From NCBI GenBank assembly GCA_005223125.1, contig NJBH01000006.1, positions 1 to 64,000 of the forward strand: a DNA stretch of 64,000 bases. Reading direction: 5' to 3'. The stretch comes from Promethearchaeota archaeon Loki_b32. Its GTDB lineage: Archaea; Asgardarchaeota; Lokiarchaeia; Sigyniarchaeales; SOKP01. The notes under the pieces were generated by a model. That model was not told the origin of the DNA and searched no databases. It saw only the letters and a list, made by a program, of their open reading frames with translations. Position numbers and translations under genes: made by a program. Below, piece after piece: positions 30,032 through 39,159 of this stretch; position 1 is the stretch's first letter, and every line of letters begins with the position of its first letter.

Positions 30032-31486
30032 ATGGCTAGACCAAGTCCGTTAGAGATTTACGCCCTTTTGGATAAGTCAAATTGTAAAGATTGCGGTTAT
30101 GATACATGTATGGCTTTTGCGACGGATACATTGGAAAGAAAGGTAAAAGCTCAAGATTGTCCACATTTAATGCAGGATCCAAAACAATCAAAAAATAGAG
30201 AAAAGCTCATTAAACTTTTAACGCCTCCTCAAAAACCAGTTACTATTGGTATCGGAGAGAGAGCAGTTACAATTGGAGGAGAAGAAGTTTTAATGAGGCA
30301 TCAATTAACATTTTATAATCAAACGGCTCTTTTTGTTGAAATAGCAGATGATGATCCAGATTTAGGAGATCTTGTCAAATACCTTTCAGAACTTAAAATA
30401 GAGAGGATGGGAGATGTTCTTACTCTTAATGGAATTGCTTTAAGAAATGTATCTGGAGATAGAGATCAATTTAAATTAGCAGCTAAAAAGCTGACAGAAC
30501 TCTCAAATCTTCCAGTTATGTTGTGTAGCTTTAACACTGAAATATTATTAGCTGCTGCTGAAGAAATCAAGGATAAAAAACCTTTACTCTATGCTGTGAC
30601 AAAGAATACATGGGAACAGATAGGGAAGTTTGCGATACAAAATAACTTACCTGTTGTTATTGTATCTAGTAATTTAGATGAATTAATGTCTTTAAGTGCT
30701 ACTATGCAGAAATATGGTGTAAAGGAGATTGTTTTAGATTCAGGAACTTATTTTGGACCTGGAAATCTTTCTGTAACTTATGATAATATTATGCAATTAA
30801 GAACAGGAGCAATAAATAAAGAAGATGTAAATGCTTGCTGGCCTGTTATGGGTGTTCCTGCTGCTTATTGGAATCAAGTAAAGATAGGAGATGAGAAAGA
30901 GCTATGGGAACACCAATATCAAGAAGTAATAATGGGTGCTGTTATGGAATCTATAGATATAAATTTGATAGTTTTACATACGGGTCAGAAAAAGGAAGAG
31001 ATCTGGGCACTTTTAGCTTTAATGACATTACGGCAAAGTTTATTCTCTGATCCAAGAATATACCCTGCTGTAGATGCTGGCATTTATAAAATCGGAGAGC
31101 CCGATGATATGGCACCGATATTCGTTACAAGCAATTATAGAATGACAAAAATCCCCGTTGAACAGGATTTACAAGGAGCAAATCAAAATTGTTGGCTTTT
31201 AGTAGTTGATACTGAAGGAATAGGAATTGAAAGTGCAGTTGCGGGAGGACAATTTAGTGCAGGGGGAATAGCAGAAGCCGTTAAGGAATTTAAAGTCTTT
31301 GATAATGTAAAACATCGAGTTCTTGTTCTTCCAGGAATGGCTGCTCGTTTGAGTGGTGCTTTAGAAGATGAAGCTGACGCGTTTGTAGTAGTAGGACCTC
31401 GAGATAGTTCTGGGATCCTTAAATTTATGGATACTCAATGGAAACCCGAAGAATTCATGAAGGAATATGAATCTTGGGAAAAATAG
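30032..31486 (+). CDS. cdhE: Corrinoid Fe-S protein large (gamma) subunit of ACDS
   Basis: NCKDCGYDTCMAFA..CP Fe-S motif, IGGEEV, DPR, TEGIG, PGMAARLSG, VGPRDS. Confidence 0.93.
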   Translation: MARPSPLEIYALLDKSNCKDCGYDTCMAFATDTLERKVKAQDCPHLMQDPKQSKNREKLIKLLTPPQKPVTIGIGERAVTIGGEEVLMRHQLTFYNQTALFVEIADDDPDLGDLVKYLSELKIERMGDVLTLNGIALRNVSGDRDQFKLAAKKLTELSNLPVMLCSFNTEILLAAAEEIKDKKPLLYAVTKNTWEQIGKFAIQNNLPVVIVSSNLDELMSLSATMQKYGVKEIVLDSGTYFGPGNLSVTYDNIMQLRTGAINKEDVNACWPVMGVPAAYWNQVKIGDEKELWEHQYQEVIMGAVMESIDINLIVLHTGQKKEEIWALLALMTLRQSLFSDPRIYPAVDAGIYKIGEPDDMAPIFVTSNYRMTKIPVEQDLQGANQNCWLLVVDTEGIGIESAVAGGQFSAGGIAEAVKEFKVFDNVKHRVLVLPGMAARLSGALEDEADAFVVVGPRDSSGILKFMDTQWKPEEFMKEYESWEK

Positions 31487-31528
31487 TACTTTTTTCTTTT
31501 TTCTCTTTTTTTAGAATGATTTCAATTC

Positions 31529-32191
31529 TTATATTAGAAAATATATTATATCAACAGTCAAATCATTCACCGAATTTATGATCACTACTTTTCCAGTTTT
31601 TATTTCGTATAATTGCTTAGCGGAATGGTGTCCTGTCAATACTCCAATGAATGGACAATTTAAGTTATTAGAAAGTCTTACATCTTTTGGATGGTCTCCA
31701 ATGATTATTACTCTATATCCCGGATAATTCTTTTCTAAAATTATCTTTAATTTAGGATCAAGTTTTCCTAATTCCTTTCTATCTTCTGTTTCTCCCAAGA
31801 CATAATCAAAGTATTTCTGGATTTGTAGAATTTCTATTATTTTCTTTGCCATTTCCTGCTTTTTTGAAGTAATTACCCCTAGAGTAAAGCCAACATTTTT
31901 AAATTCTTTCAGTTTTTTCTTAACTCCCGATAAAAGCTTAGATTGATAAATACCCTCAATTCCGTAATATTCTCGAAAGGCAGAAGATAACTCTGAGGGA
32001 TTTAAATTGGAAACTTTAGAAAACATTTCATCCAAAGGAGTTCCAATCATTGCTTCAATTTCTTCCCGATTCAACTCAGGGAGCGTAAATTTTCTTAAAG
32101 CATAATTAAAAGACTTTACGATCCCTTTCCTATTGTTAATTAGGGTATTATCTAAGTCAAAACTTAAAATAATCTTCACTGTTTTTTTCAT
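31529..32191 (-). CDS. HAD-superfamily hydrolase (phosphoglycolate phosphatase-like)
   Basis: FDLDNTL, ITSK, IGDHPKD. Confidence 0.9.
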   Translation of the reverse strand: MKKTVKIILSFDLDNTLINNRKGIVKSFNYALRKFTLPELNREEIEAMIGTPLDEMFSKVSNLNPSELSSAFREYYGIEGIYQSKLLSGVKKKLKEFKNVGFTLGVITSKKQEMAKKIIEILQIQKYFDYVLGETEDRKELGKLDPKLKIILEKNYPGYRVIIIGDHPKDVRLSNNLNCPFIGVLTGHHSAKQLYEIKTGKVVIINSVNDLTVDIIYFLI

Positions 32192-32277
32192 AATATAATA
32201 TGATCAGAAGAAATTGCTATATTTTAATTACTTGATTAAAAAGTATTGAAAAAAAAAGAAGATTGGGATTAAAAAAC

Positions 32278-33420
32278 TTACATTAATATCGTTAATAAGG
32301 GATCTCCTAGAAGAATCATTCCCATCGAATCAGGGTCACTTGGACCATGTAATGGATTCCAATACCATAATCTCATGGCTTCACCGAAGACCTTTCCTTG
32401 ATTTAATGGTGTATAAAAATAGCTATTCATTGTCATTCCACCTATCTTTGATGAGCCCACTATGGTCAAAGTATTATTAGAAAAGAGATATTGGGTTCCC
32501 AAATTATTTTGATATTCAAAATTAGCTGCTGAACATGCAAACAGATTGTAGAACAAAGCTTTAGTGTTAATATTTAGAACATCAGTATAATTTACTTTTC
32601 CTTCTGCACCATATCCACTTGGACCAAATAAATGCTCATATGGCCAAGAATGTGCAAAAACATGAATAAATTCATAAATATGTGTTAAACGAGTCTTATA
32701 ATCTGCTGCAGTTGTGCTGGTTAGTGAACTAATACAAGTTATGTTTGAATAAGCAGTCATATCACCAAGCCATTCGCTTGTCCATGCTGCCCAATCATCA
32801 TCAATATACACTAGTTGCGAATGAGGACGAGTAAGTTGACCCATTCGATAAGCATGATTTCGAGCAAAATAATCGCGATATGCTGTAAGATGATCAGTAT
32901 TATTCAAAGATTCAGGACATATTCTCCCTATCCAAATTTCAGGGTAAATATCGCCTGTACCATTATTATGAGTATCAAAAAGTTCATCAGTAGGATCATT
33001 ATCAACCAATTCACCATCCAAATCAGTCAAGTATAAATCGATTGGATAAGTCCTCCATAAAGTCCAAAAGCTATCGTAATACTGCATCATTGCTGAAGGA
33101 AGATCTCCAATTAACACAGCTCCAGCTAAACCCAGAGGTTGATTACTTGCATTTATTAAATCATATCTTAATGCAGTTACGTTGTTACTGGACCAATTTA
33201 TGATATCTACAGTGTATCCTTGATTAATAACGTCTTGTTTGTACTGTTCAATTTCAGAAGAGAGACTACTATAAATAGTTGAATTGACATAAAAATGAAT
33301 GTGAGTTTTTTGAGTAGAAGCTGGAGTTTTACTGAAAATAACCAATGAAAATGGAATAGTTACTCCTACAAATATTCCGCATAATATAACAACAAGAAGA
33401 TATTTTGTTTTTTTATTCAT
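32278..33420 (-). CDS. Membrane-anchored peptidase C25 (gingipain-like)
   Basis: N-terminal TM; LIGDLP, PEIWIGR, AHS and ACS dyad, LLGDP. Confidence 0.75.
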   Translation of the reverse strand: MNKKTKYLLVVILCGIFVGVTIPFSLVIFSKTPASTQKTHIHFYVNSTIYSSLSSEIEQYKQDVINQGYTVDIINWSSNNVTALRYDLINASNQPLGLAGAVLIGDLPSAMMQYYDSFWTLWRTYPIDLYLTDLDGELVDNDPTDELFDTHNNGTGDIYPEIWIGRICPESLNNTDHLTAYRDYFARNHAYRMGQLTRPHSQLVYIDDDWAAWTSEWLGDMTAYSNITCISSLTSTTAADYKTRLTHIYEFIHVFAHSWPYEHLFGPSGYGAEGKVNYTDVLNINTKALFYNLFACSAANFEYQNNLGTQYLFSNNTLTIVGSSKIGGMTMNSYFYTPLNQGKVFGEAMRLWYWNPLHGPSDPDSMGMILLGDPLLTILM

Positions 33421-33589
33421 TTTTCATTCCTTTTTGAAACTTTAAATTACTCAAAAGGTCCACTAGATTAATTTGAAATATTTCTCGACTGATATCTCAT
33501 TAGTAGACTTTTTATATTAACATAAAGGATTAGTTTTAAATATTTAAGTATTTAAGACCCGCGTAAGTAGTCTATACAAAAGTGTCTAT

Positions 33590-35242
33590 TTAGTTTATTT
33601 TAAATCCTTTAAATAATTTCAAAAGATACATTATTTCTTCAGAGTTTTCGATTAGTCTTCTTAAATTGTAAGGGAAAATGGCCAATCCTACTTCCTTCCC
33701 ATTGGAAACTTGTTCGATCATTATTTTTATAATTTCTTTAAATTTTCTAACAGTATCACCTTCAATTTCTATTTCAGAGATAATTTCCCATGCTTTATCC
33801 AATTTTCCATTTAATAAACATGAGATAGAGGCAAGAACATAACTCTGAACTATATGCGAATAACCAATTTTTTTGAGGTTAGCTGCCCTATAATAATAGC
33901 GATATAAATTGTTTACCATTTCTCTTAAGAGGTAATCTTTGGCGTTATCTAACTGTTCATAAAATTTAATACTTTCTAAAATAAGAGTAGCTGCAGTAAA
34001 AAATTGTTTGTTTTTTAAATCTTCTTCTGCAATTTTATTTAATCCTCTAATAATTTGATTGAAAATACCAAATCTATTAAATTCTAATTCTCCTTCAATC
34101 GCAATATCATAAGCATTTAAATAACTCTCTGTAGACTCATTTATACTTCCGATCTTCCAAAAATTATCTCCTGCTTTTACAAAATGTTTGTAACTCATTT
34201 CAAAATTATCCATTTCTTTAAAAACATTAGCCCCATCAAAAAAATTTATAGCTGCTTGGTTAAAATCTTCTATCTTCTCAGAAAAATTACCAGCTAGCAA
34301 AAAACAAGAAGCACATTCAATTAAATTATTTTTTATATCAAGATAACATAATCCAGCTCCTCGGTAATATCGAGAGATTTTATGAAAATTTTCTTGGTTC
34401 TTTTCTAATGTTTCTGCTAGATCTATATATGCACCAGCTTCTTTTTTAGAAAAATTAGTATACTGGTCTTTTTCATCTAAAATTTTGTAGAGATTTTTTA
34501 ATATCTGATAAATCTGAGCTAATGTTAGATTATCGCTTGTTTCTTCATATTTAGTCGCTAAATTTGAGAAAAATTCTACTCCCTCCAATATAATATCTTG
34601 TGATTTGTTGTAATCGTCGATTTCCTCATAACAGGATCCAATTTGTTGGTATGAATAGGATAGCATATCATAAAAGTAATGAATTTTTGAAATTTCGATA
34701 ACTTTCTCGTAAAATTTTATAGCCTTCTTGAAATTAGATAATTTTAGAAATAAATCCGCGATATTTTGATAATTTTGAGCTAGTTTTCTAGCTTCATTAA
34801 ACTCTTTTAGAAGTTCACTCTCTTGTTTTAAAAATTTTATACTATTTAAGATATTTTTTTTCTCAGATTCTGAATTAATAATTTTTTCGCTGTAAATATC
34901 TGCAATTCGTAAATACAATTCAGCGATTTCATGTAATTTGGCTTGAAGTTTATAATCAACAATTAATTTTTTATATAATTCAATAATCTGGTTATACAGT
35001 TCGAGAGCCTCCGAGAAATCAATGTTTTCTACAATCTCTGCAACCGAGAAAAGAAATTCTCCAGCTTCAAAATATTCTCCAGATTGAGCAATATCATTAG
35101 CAAAATTAATAGAACACGAAAGCATCTCTTTTATTTTTTTATTTTTTTCTATTGGATCTGTTAAGCTTTGAATTTTGGATTCATAATTACGTATCTTATC
35201 TAAAAATTCAGTGTAATCTATGAATTCTTCTTCTTCAATAAT
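33590..35242 (-). CDS. TPR / SNAP-like repeat protein; probable ATT start at 35242
   Basis: Repeats such as AAINFFDGANVFK..YKHFVKAGDNF..ESYLNA; frame open upstream of the 35125 ATG to a TGA at 35257. Confidence 0.75.
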   Translation of the reverse strand: MIEEEEFIDYTEFLDKIRNYESKIQSLTDPIEKNKKIKEMLSCSINFANDIAQSGEYFEAGEFLFSVAEIVENIDFSEALELYNQIIELYKKLIVDYKLQAKLHEIAELYLRIADIYSEKIINSESEKKNILNSIKFLKQESELLKEFNEARKLAQNYQNIADLFLKLSNFKKAIKFYEKVIEISKIHYFYDMLSYSYQQIGSCYEEIDDYNKSQDIILEGVEFFSNLATKYEETSDNLTLAQIYQILKNLYKILDEKDQYTNFSKKEAGAYIDLAETLEKNQENFHKISRYYRGAGLCYLDIKNNLIECASCFLLAGNFSEKIEDFNQAAINFFDGANVFKEMDNFEMSYKHFVKAGDNFWKIGSINESTESYLNAYDIAIEGELEFNRFGIFNQIIRGLNKIAEEDLKNKQFFTAATLILESIKFYEQLDNAKDYLLREMVNNLYRYYYRAANLKKIGYSHIVQSYVLASISCLLNGKLDKAWEIISEIEIEGDTVRKFKEIIKIMIEQVSNGKEVGLAIFPYNLRRLIENSEEIMYLLKLFKGFKIN

Positions 35243-35365
35243 TGTAAGATCTCCTCATAAAAAGTAAAACCTAAATATAGAAATTAATATAAAAATAAAA
35301 AAAATTGGATTTTTCTTGAAACTTAAAATTTGTATGCTTAATTATCTTAAATATGAAAATTTCTA

Positions 35366-35397
35366 ATGAGTTACTAAAATTTAACCTAGTAACTCAT
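35366..35397. promoter_or_regulatory. Perfect 11-bp inverted repeat, candidate operator
   Basis: ATGAGTTACTA-N10-TAGTAACTCAT in a divergent intergenic region. Confidence 0.5.
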
Positions 35398-35493
35398 CAA
35401 AAAGAAAAAATCACTGCGTTCTGAAACGAATAAAACTTAAGAAATAATATTAAATATTATAAAGATTATTTATTAAATAATTAAAAATATTAG

Positions 35494-35712
35494 GTGTTTA
35501 TTATAAAACAAATCTCAGAGTTATTAGATACTGGTTTATATGAAACTTTTACTCCAGATAAGTCTATGACAGTTGCAGATTTATTAAGAGAACTTAATTT
35601 GGAAGATAAGTATTTTGGTATCCTTGTAAATGGAAAAAAAGCAACACCAGAAACCAAAATTGGAACAGAGGATTCCATTATTATACTTCCACATATAGCG
35701 GGTGGATTTTAG
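35494..35712 (+). CDS. MoaD/ThiS ubiquitin-like protein
   Basis: TVADLL, ILVNG, IILPHIAGG(F). Confidence 0.88.
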   Translation: MFIIKQISELLDTGLYETFTPDKSMTVADLLRELNLEDKYFGILVNGKKATPETKIGTEDSIIILPHIAGGF

Positions 35713-36249
35713 ATTAACAAATCTTTTTTTTACTCTCTTTTTTAAATGGTTTCATTACTTCAATTTAATTCATAGTGATTATTAGGAATTGGAGTTCTTA
35801 AACTCAATTGTTTTAAAGATTGTTTTCAAAGAAACCACGCGTTATTTTAATAACTTGTTCAAGACATTCTTTTGAAGCCGTATAAAACGCATGAGGCTTA
35901 TCACGGAGTAATTTCGTGTTAAAAAGGTTAGGAAGGATTTTTTTCGCACGCTTTATAACGGATTTTCCCGGGAAAAGGATATCATTTTGAAACGCCAGTT
36001 GATGGTAAAATAGAGAAATACGAAATATCTTGGAGATATTTACGACATGAAGTTTCTTATTTAGAACGTAATAGAAGAATTCCTAAAATTTTAGATATTA
36101 ATAACATCCCCCTCTTCTAAAAATTTTTTTTCTTCAAGAAATAAAAAAAAGATAAGATTCGATAACAATCGCAGAACAAGGTCTTACTAATTACTACCTA
36201 CTACTTATTAAATATTATTATATTTTACTGATTTGTAACAAAAAGAAGC

Positions 36250-36504
36250 CTAATATCGAAAATCTCGAACTTGCGCAGGAGCGGCTTCAGTTACTACTAC
36301 CTTACTCGCAGCAGGGCCTTTATCACCTTGAGTGATCTCAAATTCTACTTTATCGCTTTCATGTAGGGTAGCAAATTCATCACCCTCCTTAACAATGGCA
36401 CTGTGATGAACGAATATATCTCCTTCTTCTTCAGTTGCTATAAATCCATAACCTTTACGGTTATCAAACCATTTAACTGTACCTTCGGTCAATTTTAAAA
36501 CCAA
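36250..36504 (-). CDS. csp: Cold-shock protein
   Basis: GTVKWF..KGYGFI..DIFVHHS..KGPAA. Confidence 0.95.
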   Translation of the reverse strand: MVLKLTEGTVKWFDNRKGYGFIATEEEGDIFVHHSAIVKEGDEFATLHESDKVEFEITQGDKGPAASKVVVTEAAPAQVRDFRY

Positions 36505-36722
36505 TTTTTACATAAATTAAATTTTTTTATCAGTTCGTATTGAACTATTTAAGAAAATGAATGATGTTGTAAATATGTTATGTATTTCCAATGATTTATT
36601 GAAAAATTCATAGTGTTTATTTGATTTAAAAAATATAATCCAAAGGTCTTGTAGAATCTTAACCAAAATTAATCCCCTATTTAGATTTATAATATATATT
36701 ATGATTTCGTTCTAAAAAACTG

Positions 36723-37703
36723 TTACTTTAATGTAATTCGTAATAGATCTTTAGCTATTATAGTGTTAGGGAATATTTCTTTAGCTTCTTCTAGTAACAT
36801 TAAGGCATTTTCTTGATATCGTGCTGAAATATGAGTAAGAATCAATTGTTTTGCATTCATTTTTTTTGCATCTGTTGCTGCATCAACCGATGTAGAATGT
36901 TTCTTCTCCTCAGCAATTTCTGCAAGTGCTTTTGCGAACGTTGCCTCATGTATTAAAATATCTGAATTTATTCCTAAATTTATTAATGAATCACTAGGTT
37001 TTAAATCTCCTGAGTAGGTAATTTTTCTTCCTGGTTGTTTGGCACCAACAATTCCTTCCTTAACAGGATCAATAGTTGTTCCATTGAAATCAATGATTTG
37101 TCCTTCTTGTAGTTTTTTCCACAGATGACCTTCAGGAATACATAATTCTCTAGCACGGTCAGGATTGAATTTACCATATCGTGATTTTTCAATGAAAGCA
37201 TATGCGAAGGTGATGACAGAATGTTCTACTAGAGCATATTTTATTGAAAAGTATTTCGTATCTAACACTATGTTATTATTCATCTGGATTGTCTTCTTTG
37301 GTGTTTCAGAATCTAATCCTTCATACTCAATTAATTCTTGCGATTGATGATCGATTTCTATGATTTTAATATGATATTTAGCTTTCAATCCAAGAATTTT
37401 CTTATGGAGAAATAAATAAAGAAAGAGATTTCGGGGTCCAAAAATCATCATTGGTGCGGTTCTATCGTTTAAACTTAAACGAAATAAAAATCCAGGGAGG
37501 CCAATAATATGGTCTCCATGAAAATGAGATATAAATATTTTCATTGGTTTATTAAATTTTAATCCTGCTTCAGCAAATTTACGTTGGAAATCTTCTCCAC
37601 AATCAAAAAGGAAAATTTGATTTCTATATCTCAAAGCAATACTAGAGAGATTACGTTCTTTAATAGGAGTCGCTGCTGCGCTTCCTAATATAATTAGTTC
37701 CAT
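36723..37703 (-). CDS. rnz: Ribonuclease Z
   Basis: DCGE, HFHGDH, exosite, SGD, HEAT, HST, THIS. Confidence 0.95.
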   Translation of the reverse strand: MELIILGSAAATPIKERNLSSIALRYRNQIFLFDCGEDFQRKFAEAGLKFNKPMKIFISHFHGDHIIGLPGFLFRLSLNDRTAPMMIFGPRNLFLYLFLHKKILGLKAKYHIKIIEIDHQSQELIEYEGLDSETPKKTIQMNNNIVLDTKYFSIKYALVEHSVITFAYAFIEKSRYGKFNPDRARELCIPEGHLWKKLQEGQIIDFNGTTIDPVKEGIVGAKQPGRKITYSGDLKPSDSLINLGINSDILIHEATFAKALAEIAEEKKHSTSVDAATDAKKMNAKQLILTHISARYQENALMLLEEAKEIFPNTIIAKDLLRITLK

Positions 37704-37722
37704 AGCCTGACGTATGATAAAT

Positions 37723-39054
37723 TTATTTTCGTAACTGAGAGAGCTCTAATCTTTGTTCACTATTTAGTTTTTCCAGATTATTGATTTTATTTTTAAGTTC
37801 TCTAACTCTCAATGCTAAGTTAGGATCTTCTTTCTTAGGTTGAACCCGAGTTTGGAAATTTAAGCTGTCCAATTGACGTTGTAAATCACTGATTTTTTGA
37901 TCCTTTACTTTTACATCATTTTCTAAATGTCGATATTTTCTTTTTATCTGTACTGCCTCGTTTTTAATTGTTTCAATTTCTCCTTCTTTTGTTTCTAGTT
38001 GTTTTTGAAGAAATATTGCCATCTCTCTTTGCATCTTTAATTTACCTTCTAGCTCGTTTCGGTTTTCACTTGGTTCTGGTGATTTTGTCATTTGATCTTT
38101 CTTAATTTGTTCTTGAAGCGATTTTATTTGTAATTTAGCTCTATTTAATTTATTTTGTAAATCTTCTTTTAATCTTTTAATCATTTCACTAGAAGTAGCA
38201 TCATTTTGTTCAAAACTAGCTGCAATTTCGTTTTTTTGTAAAGAAATAAGATCTTTCTTTAATTCTTCAATTTCTTTATCCTTTATTCCAAGTAAGTCAT
38301 TTAACTCATTAATTTCTTTTTTAAAATCTTGTACTTTCGTAAGTTCTTTATTTTCCTTTTTACTTCTTTTTACTGCCTTCTCATGTTTTTGTTTTAATTC
38401 AGATATTTTTCTTTTAGATTTATTTAATTGTTGTTGGAGATCTTCTATTAATTTTTTCGCAATTGAATCACCTTTGTTATCATCAGAAGCAGTGCTAAAA
38501 TCTTTTATCTTTTGATTTAATTCAAAGATCTCTGACTTAAGACCTTGAATTTCTTCTTCTTTTTTTTTTAATTTTTCATCAAAATCTTCGCTAGCGCCTT
38601 TATAAGCTCTTAATTTCTTAATTAATGATTGTTGTTTGTTTATTTTTTCTTGTAAATCTTTTACTAACGCATTAAGAGGTGGTTTACTTCTTAAATCTTC
38701 GACTCTAATAACCTTTGATTCTTTACTTCTGGATTTTATTCTTTCTAATTTTTGCTGAAGTTGTACTTTCTCTTTTCTTAAAAAGCCCATACTATTTTTT
38801 AGAGTTCTAATTTGTTTATCTTTTGCATCGAGCTCAATAGCCATTTTTGAGTCTTCTGCTTGCTTCTTTTTACTTTTCTTTTTTGAGTCTTCTTCTGGGA
38901 TAAGAGCTTCTAATCTCATAATAGTTTCTTCGAGGTCTTCAATTTTATCAAGTAAATTATGAATTTCAGTATCTTTTTTCATAATTTCTGTTTCTAGAAC
39001 CTTGATATGTGTTTCTAGAACCTTGACACGAGTTTTTAATGTATCATCAGACAT
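37723..39054 (-). CDS. Long coiled-coil protein
   Basis: K/E/Q/L-rich heptads over ~440 aa. Confidence 0.8.
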   Translation of the reverse strand: MSDDTLKTRVKVLETHIKVLETEIMKKDTEIHNLLDKIEDLEETIMRLEALIPEEDSKKKSKKKQAEDSKMAIELDAKDKQIRTLKNSMGFLRKEKVQLQQKLERIKSRSKESKVIRVEDLRSKPPLNALVKDLQEKINKQQSLIKKLRAYKGASEDFDEKLKKKEEEIQGLKSEIFELNQKIKDFSTASDDNKGDSIAKKLIEDLQQQLNKSKRKISELKQKHEKAVKRSKKENKELTKVQDFKKEINELNDLLGIKDKEIEELKKDLISLQKNEIAASFEQNDATSSEMIKRLKEDLQNKLNRAKLQIKSLQEQIKKDQMTKSPEPSENRNELEGKLKMQREMAIFLQKQLETKEGEIETIKNEAVQIKRKYRHLENDVKVKDQKISDLQRQLDSLNFQTRVQPKKEDPNLALRVRELKNKINNLEKLNSEQRLELSQLRK

Positions 39055-39159
39055 TAAGAAGAATCACCTTTATATTAGTATAATACAATTTCAAAAATTA
39101 AAATTTAACTTATTAATATCTTTCCCATCTTTTTTCTAAATAATATTTTAATAAAAATC

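Noticed and set aside
38990-39030. Short tandem duplication TTTCTAGAACCTTGA
   Set aside because: It encodes the repeated KVLET heptad of a coiled coil
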